Source of the DNA: a virus
Length of the DNA stretch: 64,000 nt
Direction: 5' to 3' (one strand)
IMG/VR virus record: IMGVR_UViG_3300025383_000015
Coordinates: 1 to 64,000 of that record
Shown: in pieces, positions 56,269-64,000 of the stretch
Layout of the letters: each line of letters begins with the position of its first letter
Position numbering within the stretch: position 1 is the stretch's first letter
Notes under the pieces: model-generated
What the model was told of the DNA's origin: nothing
The model's input: only the letters and a program-made list of their open reading frames with translations
Database searches by the model: none
Translations under genes and position numbers: made by a program

Positions 56269-56739
56269 CTAAGTCTGGCTCTCGGTTGTTGTGATTTCCT
56301 TCCAACGCTCTACTAGAGCCTCTGTAAGGTCATCGTGTTCGTTCCACTCAATACGAGCGGAACCAAGTAAGCCACGCTTTGAGAATTCCTCAATAGCGGA
56401 CTCGATGAGGGAGCGGGTATACACCCGATTTCCTCCAGTCTTTTGACCTTTTAAAGTCTTAGACCGTAGTCGATACGGGGCACGTGGGATATACCCTTTG
56501 CGCTCCCACATTCGGATGGTAACAATGGTTTTTTCTAATGCGTGTGCTAGTGCACCGATAGTAAAAACCTCTGTCTCTTTACCACCAAGCATTTTAATGA
56601 TGGGATTTTCATCCCAGCCATTACTCTCACCGCTTTTACGGCGAGAAACCTTTGGGTCTAACTCGCGACGCTTACGCTTTGATCCAGGAAGATATTCAAG
56701 GTCGGCAAAGGCTGCCTCGATCTCTTCGTCGCTGCGCAT
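56269..56739 (-). CDS. MerR-like HTH DNA-binding protein
   Basis: FTIGALAHAL.KTIVTIRMWERKGYIP...RVYT. Confidence 0.8.
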   Translation of the reverse strand: MRSDEEIEAAFADLEYLPGSKRKRRELDPKVSRRKSGESNGWDENPIIKMLGGKETEVFTIGALAHALEKTIVTIRMWERKGYIPRAPYRLRSKTLKGQKTGGNRVYTRSLIESAIEEFSKRGLLGSARIEWNEHDDLTEALVERWKEITTTESQT

Positions 56740-56749
56740 GTATTAGTCC

Positions 56750-56932
56750 TTAATGATTGTGTGGGTTTGGAATTAACTTACAGAAAGTCTTTCCATCAAA
56801 AGCAGTTTTCCAATCGTGATGGATTCCTTGTGGGTCAACACACACAAATCCAGAAAGATTAGGGGTTGTTGACGCGTGCGCTGGAACTACAGACGCTGCA
56901 AGAATAATTGCAGTAACAGTTAAAATCTTCAT
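56750..56932 (-). CDS. Small secreted protein
   Basis: Signal peptide ending AHA-S. Confidence 0.55.
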   Translation of the reverse strand: MKILTVTAIILAASVVPAHASTTPNLSGFVCVDPQGIHHDWKTAFDGKTFCKLIPNPHNH

Positions 56933-56934
56933 CT

Positions 56935-57375
56935 TTATCCCTTATCCATTACTAGTGCCCATGATATTTGTTGTGGATACATCTCGTCAATTTCTTGTTC
57001 AGTAAGTTGGTCGCTGTACAAAGCAGCCATCAAAGCATCTTCGTCAATAACACGAATAGTCTTGTAGAGTTGATCGCCAAGATTCTTTGCTTCAATAATT
57101 TCTTCTGCTTTTGCTTCGTTAATTTTACGAGAAACACGGCGTTGCTTTTTAAAACCAACAACACCATCTACTTCATCAGGAAGTTCTAGGATTACATGAC
57201 CATCAGTGTCTGTTTCGCCAACTTCATCAATCTTTTCAAACAACTTATCGCGTAGAGTTTTTACTTTAGACTCAAAATATTCAATCTGTTTTTTAGAAAA
57301 TATGTACTCTTTTGCTTGAGTAGTCAACTCATCTTCAGATGCGATTCGTGGTTCTGTTGGCTTTACCCTCGCCAT
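56935..57375 (-). CDS. Hypothetical protein
   Basis: GGAGG RBS; coiled-coil N-terminus. Confidence 0.65.
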   Translation of the reverse strand: MARVKPTEPRIASEDELTTQAKEYIFSKKQIEYFESKVKTLRDKLFEKIDEVGETDTDGHVILELPDEVDGVVGFKKQRRVSRKINEAKAEEIIEAKNLGDQLYKTIRVIDEDALMAALYSDQLTEQEIDEMYPQQISWALVMDKG

Positions 57376-57383
57376 TGTGCCTC

Positions 57384-58934
57384 CTAGTTTCTTCCTGTAA
57401 GGAAACTTATCAAACTTCCAACTGTCATGTCAATTCCGCCTTTAGAATTGATTCCAGCCCCATCAAGGACTGCATCTGCTACGGCGTTCTTTTGTTGGAG
57501 CATGTCATGTTGTCTTACTTCTATTGAGTTTTCCATGATCATGTCTTGAATAATCACAGTTGGCCACCTGCTAGATGCTCTTTTGATTCTTCCGTTTCGT
57601 TGTACAGATAGTCCTGCACTCCATGGAAGGTCGTAGTTAATTAGTAGGTTGGCATTTGGCAAATCTACACCATAACCACCCGCATCAGAGGAAATGAACA
57701 CGCGACACGCGGGATCAGTTAAAAACTTCTCTTTACTAGCCTCTTTTTCTTTGGCATCCATAGACCCTGTGTAAAGGGTGCCACCCACTAACTCCTGAAT
57801 TTTTACAAGCATTCCTACATAGGAGGTAAAAATAACAACTTTGGCATCTGGATCAGTATCTAAGTGGTCTTGGACATACTCTTTAAGAACCATCAATTTA
57901 TGGGATTTTTTAGAGTTCAACAACTCTCGTTCTTTTAGGCTATAGGCATAAGCACTGCCTTCCCCATTTTGCTCTTCAAACTTGGTGGCGCTATCTATGA
58001 GTAGTTCTGGATGATCACACAACATTCTTAGTGCAGTAATTTTGCTCATGATAGAACCCCGCATAGCATCCGCTGGTCCACTTTGTTTGTTTTCGTGGCC
58101 ATAGTGCGCCATCAACGAAAAGTTTGCTCCCAACAACTGCTGGGCCTCAATTAACTCGTTGCATAACTCTTCTGATATGTACTTGTAAAGTTTTTTGTTG
58201 TCACTATCAAACGGAACAACTATAGGATCTCTGTAAATAGTGTCAGGAAGATAAGGGGCTACATCTTCGTCTGTTTGTGTTTTTCTTACTGAAGCCTGCT
58301 GAACCTTTTGGTGAAATAAAGGTAAATTTCTATAGCGTTGTACACCTCCAAAATGATTTCGCACGATAAACGTCTGATCAAAAAGGTCAAATCTTCCAAG
58401 TAGATTAGGATCGACAAATTGCATAATCGAGTACAGTTCTTCTGGGCGTCCGTTCTCAATAGGTGTACCAGTCAGCGCAAACCTAACCTTTACATCTTTT
58501 GAGAGTTGTTTGACCTTCTTGGCCCTTTGGGAACGGAAGCCTTTTATAGCGGTTGCTTCATCACATACGATTGCATCCCAGTTAATCTTGCTAACGATAT
58601 CCCAGTCATTAACTATGGCTTCGTAGTTGCATATTAAGTAGTCAGTATTTTCAGACCATTGTTTTTCACGTTTGATTTTTGACCCGTCAACTACTGTTGA
58701 AGATGAATCAGAAAACTTTGCTATTTCTTTTTGCCACTGGTATTTAAGACTTGATAAACAAATGATTAATGTTGGTCCTGTTATATCTTTGTTGTCTCGA
58801 AGTTGTTCTATCGCAGCAATAGACATCGCTGTTTTTCCAAGACCCATTTCATAGGCAACTAACATGGTTTTGCGATCAACCATCTTGGCTACTGCCTCAA
58901 CTTGATATGGTTTTAAAGATTTTTTAAAAGACAT
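57384..58934 (-). CDS. SNF2-family helicase
   Basis: MGLGKT, DEAT, LTGTP..N, GGYGVDL, QRNGRIKR. Confidence 0.92.
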   Translation of the reverse strand: MSFKKSLKPYQVEAVAKMVDRKTMLVAYEMGLGKTAMSIAAIEQLRDNKDITGPTLIICLSSLKYQWQKEIAKFSDSSSTVVDGSKIKREKQWSENTDYLICNYEAIVNDWDIVSKINWDAIVCDEATAIKGFRSQRAKKVKQLSKDVKVRFALTGTPIENGRPEELYSIMQFVDPNLLGRFDLFDQTFIVRNHFGGVQRYRNLPLFHQKVQQASVRKTQTDEDVAPYLPDTIYRDPIVVPFDSDNKKLYKYISEELCNELIEAQQLLGANFSLMAHYGHENKQSGPADAMRGSIMSKITALRMLCDHPELLIDSATKFEEQNGEGSAYAYSLKERELLNSKKSHKLMVLKEYVQDHLDTDPDAKVVIFTSYVGMLVKIQELVGGTLYTGSMDAKEKEASKEKFLTDPACRVFISSDAGGYGVDLPNANLLINYDLPWSAGLSVQRNGRIKRASSRWPTVIIQDMIMENSIEVRQHDMLQQKNAVADAVLDGAGINSKGGIDMTVGSLISFLTGRN

Positions 58935-59112
58935 TATTGTCAGGATTATCTACGGGGGTAGGGGCAGTGAGTAAGGTTCCGCAGTCATCGCATTCAGCAT
59001 CTGTAAACCATAATGCGATGTCATAGTTTTCAAACATTGCTTTTATCTTCAATACTAAATGCCCACAGTTAGGACAGGCATGTGTAGGAACTCCTCGTGC
59101 GTCTAGCGTCAT
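58924..59112 (-). CDS. Small Zn-finger protein
   Basis: RGVPTHACPNCG...CDDCG..LTAPTP. Confidence 0.7.
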   Translation of the reverse strand: MTLDARGVPTHACPNCGHLVLKIKAMFENYDIALWFTDAECDDCGTLLTAPTPVDNPDNNVF

Positions 59113-60038
59113 GCGTAGGCTTCCTTACCGTAGATCATGTGTTTAGCAGTTTCTAAGCCACGCTGTATTTGCTTTTCAGACATGTCTCCGACGTCTTTTA
59201 CGTCAATACCTGTGTAATTAAAGTACCTAAGATCAAATCCATATTTGCGAGAAAATACTAACATCTGTTCTGATGCCTTTTTTCCTGCTTGGTCGTTGTC
59301 AAATGCAGAAATGATACTTATCGCTCTGCGCATTAACTTACCTTGTTCTTCACTAATGATTGCGCCATATGTGGCGATAGCGTTGTACCCCAAGCCAGTA
59401 AGACGAACAGCGTCCAAAGGAGATTCGACAACCCATAATGGTTTAGACTCGTCAAGAATCTGTACGCCAAAGACTGTCTTAGACTTCTTTACTCCTGGTG
59501 GATAGTTTCTAAAAAACCTTCCTGTTGCGCCCTTTTCTTGCCATCCCCAAAGAGAAAAATCATCAGGCTCTCTAATCGGCAAAATCCAAGCGTTGTTTTT
59601 AGGATCCCAAAGAACTCCATGAGAATTTACTGCCTCTCGTGTGAGGAACCTCTTCTTGAGTTCTATATCTGGAACATCAGTAAACACGGCTAAACGGGCT
59701 TCTGACATGCCAATAGGCTCTTCTGGGACAATGTACTGAGGAAGGTCTTTCAAGCGCTGTAACAGGGTGTCAAGGGGCAGTTCTGTCTTCTCTTTGAGGA
59801 AGTCCTGGATATCAAAATGATCCAGCCCTTTAAGATCTCGAACAAGGGTGTACATATTGCCCTTGTACCCACAAGAAAAGCAGAGATGAACACCTGTCTC
59901 TAAGTTAACCCACCATGAAGGGCTGTGATCATCGCTACCTGTGCGAGCCTTATGCATTGGGCATAGCCCGTTAACTTCGTTGCCTCGTTGAGCAACCATA
60001 GTCACATCAAGGTTTAGAAGAACCTTCTCAACGTCCAT
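59109..60038 (-). CDS. dnaG: DNA primase (CHC2 Zn finger plus TOPRIM)
   Basis: CPMH...CFSC; VESPLD; FDNDQAG; KDVGD. Confidence 0.9.
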   Translation of the reverse strand: MDVEKVLLNLDVTMVAQRGNEVNGLCPMHKARTGSDDHSPSWWVNLETGVHLCFSCGYKGNMYTLVRDLKGLDHFDIQDFLKEKTELPLDTLLQRLKDLPQYIVPEEPIGMSEARLAVFTDVPDIELKKRFLTREAVNSHGVLWDPKNNAWILPIREPDDFSLWGWQEKGATGRFFRNYPPGVKKSKTVFGVQILDESKPLWVVESPLDAVRLTGLGYNAIATYGAIISEEQGKLMRRAISIISAFDNDQAGKKASEQMLVFSRKYGFDLRYFNYTGIDVKDVGDMSEKQIQRGLETAKHMIYGKEAYA

Positions 60039-61291
60039 TAGCGGTTCGCCATGTACTTAAGGCAGAACTGACATTTAGACATTTCGTCTTCATCGTGAAA
60101 GCACCCTGTTTCCCAGTTCCAGGTAATAGGAGTTTCTGTTGGAGGGCAGTTACGGCTAGAAACAATGCGAAGTTTTCTTACTTCTTCATCTTCTTCGACA
60201 GGCTCTAATCCCAAGATAACATCTGAGTCTTGGAAGAATGAGGATGAGTAACCAATAGAATCAGCAGTAACTTTTCCTCCACGCATTTTCCATAGCAAAG
60301 TCTGAGTAGTAATAATTACTGGCTTGTTAATCTTTTGCGCCAAGCGCTTTAGTCCTCGAGTAATGTTTGTAATTGCCTGTGGGGTGTTCATCTCTCCTGA
60401 GACTTCATCAAGCATCAAGTACACACCATCAACAAACACAACATCAGGTTTTGTTTGCTGAATCTTTGCTGCTAACGATGAGACTGTCAGACCATTTACA
60501 GCGTCAATCAAGTGAAAAGACTGCATAGTTTCAATTCGATTAAGCGAGGTTACATAGCGAGCATCTTCTGCAGGCTGCAACTTTCCTCGACGCAAACGTG
60601 TATGGGATATGTTTGCTCTAATAGCGTCGTGACGTTGCTGTTGTTCGTGGTTGTTCATCTCGAAGGACTGAAACATTGGAACTTTGCCACTCTCGTGAAC
60701 ATTGATCGCAATCTTCAAAGCAATTTGAGATTTACCAGTCTTTGGTGGGGCGATGATAGTGATGAGTTGTCCGCCTTGAAGTCCAGCAGTTGCTTCATCA
60801 ATCTTTTCAAAACCTGTAGGTATACCTAGAAATTCTTGGTTCTGAAGTGCTTGGTATTCCTTGTATCTTTCTTCTACGTTTTTAGAAAGATCAATCTCAT
60901 GTGTACCAAGAACACCTTGCTCGCTTACCTTTGTAAGCGTTCCCTCCATAGCGATGAGGGCTGCTTCGTGGTTGTTTTCTTGCAAGTTCTCAATCGCAGA
61001 CTCTAACCCTTGACGAGTTATTAGGTTGCGACGAAACGTCACCATCGTGTCTAATAGGTAATCAATGGTGTCTTCTACATCTAAGACTTTGTAATTTGGG
61101 TAGTGGTCTTTTACAACAACAGCAGTAGGCACTTCGTTGTACTCGTTGTAGTGCTGTACAACAAATTCCCACACTCTGCGGTTATCGTCATCAAGAAACC
61201 AATTAGGTTTTACATTTCGTTGGAGGGCTGGAGTTATATCTCTGTCTCGAACTACTTTACTTACTAAACGATGCTCATTATCTGCTGCCAT
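60038..61291 (-). CDS. dnaB: DnaB-like replicative helicase
   Basis: GIPTGF, APPKTGKS, SFEM, VFVDG, QDSDV. Confidence 0.9.
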   Translation of the reverse strand: MAADNEHRLVSKVVRDRDITPALQRNVKPNWFLDDDNRRVWEFVVQHYNEYNEVPTAVVVKDHYPNYKVLDVEDTIDYLLDTMVTFRRNLITRQGLESAIENLQENNHEAALIAMEGTLTKVSEQGVLGTHEIDLSKNVEERYKEYQALQNQEFLGIPTGFEKIDEATAGLQGGQLITIIAPPKTGKSQIALKIAINVHESGKVPMFQSFEMNNHEQQQRHDAIRANISHTRLRRGKLQPAEDARYVTSLNRIETMQSFHLIDAVNGLTVSSLAAKIQQTKPDVVFVDGVYLMLDEVSGEMNTPQAITNITRGLKRLAQKINKPVIITTQTLLWKMRGGKVTADSIGYSSSFFQDSDVILGLEPVEEDEEVRKLRIVSSRNCPPTETPITWNWETGCFHDEDEMSKCQFCLKYMANR

Positions 61292-61301
61292 TACGCCCCT
61301 C

Positions 61302-61718
61302 CTACAAGTTTTCTAGTTCTACTCCCCAAGATCCATACCGAGCGACTCTACCAGGTAAATCAATTACGCCTTTAAAGTTTGCTCTATACGGAAGATCATC
61401 AATAAAGTTATCGATGTCTGCGTACAACTCAGCGTAGTTAAACGGGTTAGCACCACGCCTATCTAGCCTCGCCATAAAGTTATCTAAGTGTTCTTGAGTC
61501 CAGTCATCGGTCTCATACGCCGCTAGTTCAAGCGATAAACCGTACTTGTTTCCCAAATCCCACAATTGCTTTAACGCCAAAGCGTTAAGCCTTGTTATTT
61601 TTCTTTCTTGTGTTGTCCTAAGAAGTTTCTTTGTTTCCACCAACTCACTGACAGCAACAACGTCAATAAGGACAATAACACGAGGAGGCGTTTCGTTCGA
61701 GATGTCACCATTTTTCAT
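61302..61718 (-). CDS. Hypothetical protein
   Basis: M.NGDISN; in the replication operon. Confidence 0.6.
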   Translation of the reverse strand: MKNGDISNETPPRVIVLIDVVAVSELVETKKLLRTTQERKITRLNALALKQLWDLGNKYGLSLELAAYETDDWTQEHLDNFMARLDRRGANPFNYAELYADIDNFIDDLPYRANFKGVIDLPGRVARYGSWGVELENL

Positions 61719-62023
61719 ATAACCTCAATAGTAGAGTACTTCAAAACCAGTTCTCTAAACTTTACAGGATCTTCTATTGCATCAGCAACAGCCTCTTCAC
61801 TAACCCCTTTAGGAATGCTGATGGCGTAACGTCCATTGTTGATTTTGCTTTTTACATTTACGTACTGAGTGTGCTTGCATGACCCACGCTTACCCCATAC
61901 AGGGCATGTGCATCGTGTGTCTTTGGTTTCAGTATCGATCTCAACCTCAAACACACCCGCACCTTGATCAGAGATGAACATTTGGATAGTACGCCAGGTA
62001 GTCTCCATGCTCATCCCTTTCAC
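61715..62023 (-). CDS. SWIM Zn-finger protein
   Basis: CTCP......CKH. Confidence 0.75.
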   Translation of the reverse strand: MKGMSMETTWRTIQMFISDQGAGVFEVEIDTETKDTRCTCPVWGKRGSCKHTQYVNVKSKINNGRYAISIPKGVSEEAVADAIEDPVKFRELVLKYSTIEVI

Positions 62024-62736
62024 TGTTGGCCTCGCAAATCTGAACCAATGATAGGAACCTGTACAAAGGCTTCTTGAGCAAAACTTGCCATAGCCTCAGA
62101 GTACTTGGCTTCCCAGTTCTCAAGTTTAACATTTGTAGTCACGATTGTTGGTAAAGCCTTGTCGTATCTTAGGCGAAGAATCTCATCAAAAGATGCGTCA
62201 TCGTACTTAGATCCGTACTCTTTACCTAGATCGTCAATCACAAGGATGCGAACATTTAACCAGTCAAACTTAGAACGACCATGAAATCCGTCTAGTTCAT
62301 CAAGAACTTTTTGATCTGGATCATTGCCAAAAGTAGATTTCTTTAGTGAAAGAAACTCTGGATAAGTTAGGTAATGGATAGGGCGAAAACTCATACCAAA
62401 GTCTGAGTTTTTAATCCCTAAGATTTTGCAGACTAGTTCATCGTCATCAGGTAAGCGCCTAATAACCTCCATAGCAGCAACAACTGCATGGGTTGTCTTA
62501 CCGATTCCTGGACCTCCGTCGAACAACAGACCGACTCCGTTAGTTCCAAGGTTGCCGATGTTCTTTACGGCATGACCTTCTACAACAGAGTCGATCCAAT
62601 CCTTAATCTCATCAGGAAAGTATCCAGTCTTTTGAACTATGTCAGATGGCTCTAACCCAAGAAGTCTGCGTGGGATATTCGAAGTGCGAAGTAGCCAGTG
62701 TCTCTTAAGAGAAGATAGTTGGTTGATGTCGTACAT
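62020..62736 (-). CDS. DnaC/IstB-like helicase loader ATPase
   Basis: GGPGIGKT, LVIDDLGKE, R.RY...LPTIVTTN. Confidence 0.88.
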   Translation of the reverse strand: MYDINQLSSLKRHWLLRTSNIPRRLLGLEPSDIVQKTGYFPDEIKDWIDSVVEGHAVKNIGNLGTNGVGLLFDGGPGIGKTTHAVVAAMEVIRRLPDDDELVCKILGIKNSDFGMSFRPIHYLTYPEFLSLKKSTFGNDPDQKVLDELDGFHGRSKFDWLNVRILVIDDLGKEYGSKYDDASFDEILRLRYDKALPTIVTTNVKLENWEAKYSEAMASFAQEAFVQVPIIGSDLRGQQ

Positions 62737-63045
62737 CTAGGCCTTGAAGTTTAGTTCGCCGTAAAATGAAACAGGCTTTCCTTTGGCGTCTAGTTCTTCA
62801 CCAGCAACCATTTTGACACTCTTACGAGGAGTCATCTCAATCACCTTTGCTTTGATCCAACGCTTACCTGCTGATGCGTTCTTCCATGCGGTTTCAAAGG
62901 AGGCTGCTTCTGAATCAGGAATTGAGTTAAGATTTTGAAAACCCTGCAGTGGAGTAACGAGACTGACATTTGCCAACCATGCACCACCCTGTTCAGTGTT
63001 GAGTTTTAATGTTGCTGTAAATGTCTTTGTTACTTTCTTAGCCAT
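62737..63045 (-). CDS. Hypothetical protein
   Basis: GAGGAG RBS. Confidence 0.6.
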   Translation of the reverse strand: MAKKVTKTFTATLKLNTEQGGAWLANVSLVTPLQGFQNLNSIPDSEAASFETAWKNASAGKRWIKAKVIEMTPRKSVKMVAGEELDAKGKPVSFYGELNFKA

Positions 63046-63118
63046 GGTGCTCCTCGTGTGATTAGGTGAATCGATAATGCTGTGGTTAGTACTACCAAAA
63101 TATATCCAAAGATATCTT

Positions 63119-64000
63119 TCATGTGTTTGCCCCTCTTAAACGCTTTTCATGACGTTCATACTGTGCACGACCTGCCATTGTGTTTTGGAATACACGACCG
63201 TCGCTTGCAGTGAGGACACTAGCAGACGGTTTCTTACTTTCGTCAAACTCGTTGCTGGAGATGCGTGGTAGACCAAGGTTCTGCCGTGCTTGGTTCATTT
63301 TAGTGCGGAACGATGCAAGGAAGCGCTTGTATAAAAACGGCGCTTCATCTCCAACATCTCTAAAGTTCTGCTCATCCGCCATGAACAGGCGCAAGAGTTC
63401 TAACTCTAGGAGTGGGGTGGTTTGATACTGACTTCTGAATTTGGCAAGTGCTCCTGAGAGTTGTTTGACGTTAACGGTTCCTGGTAGGAGCGGGAACTTG
63501 CGGCCAACTCTGTAAGAGAACTCAGCAGCAACGTCCATCGCAGTCCACTCATGCTCTGGTCGCTTTCCACGGGTTCGTGGATCTGTTTTTCTGATCTTAG
63601 GCTGTGGCGTATCTCGACTTTCAACGAGGCCAAAACCTGCGAGATCTTCACCGTCGTCATAGCCTTTCATAGGAATTAAGATTTCCCTTCGAATCGTAGA
63701 TTCAAAATCTTTTAATTTATTACTACTTGTAGTACTGCTATCTTGTATATCTACAGTATTACTATCTGTCACCATATCAGGTGAGAATGGGTAATCTACC
63801 GTCAGTTGGGAAACTTCAGATGGGTAGTTTACCGTCACCTTAGATGGGTAATCTGACGTTAGTTGGTAAATGTTTTTTCCCTTGTAGCCATTTGCCCGCT
63901 TGGTGTTGGTGACTGTGAAGAACCCCTTGGCTTCTAGGGCCTTAAGGGCATCTCTGACGGTTCGGTCAGATGCTTTGCCAGTCTGACTACCCAACTCGGC
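63119..64000 (-). CDS. wHTH replication initiator (lambda O-like), 5' end beyond the window
   Basis: SDRTVRDALKALEAKGF...NIYQL; upstream of DnaC/DnaB; internal repeats. Confidence 0.65.
   Translation of the reverse strand, partial: AELGSQTGKASDRTVRDALKALEAKGFFTVTNTKRANGYKGKNIYQLTSDYPSKVTVNYPSEVSQLTVDYPFSPDMVTDSNTVDIQDSSTTSSNKLKDFESTIRREILIPMKGYDDGEDLAGFGLVESRDTPQPKIRKTDPRTRGKRPEHEWTAMDVAAEFSYRVGRKFPLLPGTVNVKQLSGALAKFRSQYQTTPLLELELLRLFMADEQNFRDVGDEAPFLYKRFLASFRTKMNQARQNLGLPRISSNEFDESKKPSASVLTASDGRVFQNTMAGRAQYERHEKRLRGANT
63787..63866. repeat. Three iteron-like repeats (putative origin)
   Basis: ATGGGTAATCTACCGTCAGTTGG, ATGGGTAGTTTACCGTCACCTT, ATGGGTAATCTGACGTTAGTTGG. Confidence 0.65.

Noticed and set aside
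36575-61291. Inteins or introns in RNR, RecA, PolA or DnaB
   Set aside because: Sizes are normal, frames are continuous and no splice motifs were seen
1-64000. Diversity-generating retroelement or retron
   Set aside because: No reverse transcriptase motifs and no TR/VR pair seen in the window

Overview
This window is a 64-kb internal part of a large tailed dsDNA phage. The host is most likely an actinobacterium, inferred from two WhiB genes, NrdH, a PASTA-like domain, a host-type Zn-ribbon protein and many leaderless starts. (1) 1-24.9 kb, mostly minus strand: collagen-like fibre proteins, major capsid, scaffold, portal, large terminase, holin-like proteins, a PA14 surface protein, an Ntn protease, a CHAP endolysin, an HNH nuclease, tRNA-Gln and small effector-domain genes. 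(2) ~24.9-26.0 kb: non-coding strand switch with a G-tract, a TGCA array, a pyrimidine mirror repeat, a promoter and a ~350-nt highly structured RNA. This is probably the genome end or first-injected DNA. (3) 26-36.3 kb, plus strand, early-type: micro-ORFs, a MoxR AAA+/VWA pair, WhiB, an Xis-like gene, a tyrosine recombinase and an SLT lysozyme; up to ~33.7 kb it has a strongly skewed palindrome content. (4) 36.3-64 kb, minus strand: class II RNR, a TGT-like protein, a second effector cluster, SpoVS, RuvC, dNMP kinase, subtilase, Cas4-like nuclease, WhiB, RecA, PolA, SSB, SNF2 helicase, primase, DnaB, DnaC and an iteron-containing initiator. The three most notable observations are a shared N-terminal [LM]-[SNAG]-x-x-[QE]-F tag on about 10 unrelated minus-strand proteins (candidate virion-cargo loading system), the structured RNA heading the early operon, and the GATC/GAATTC-rich, GGCC-free early region. 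All calls come from motif recognition by eye; no searches were run.
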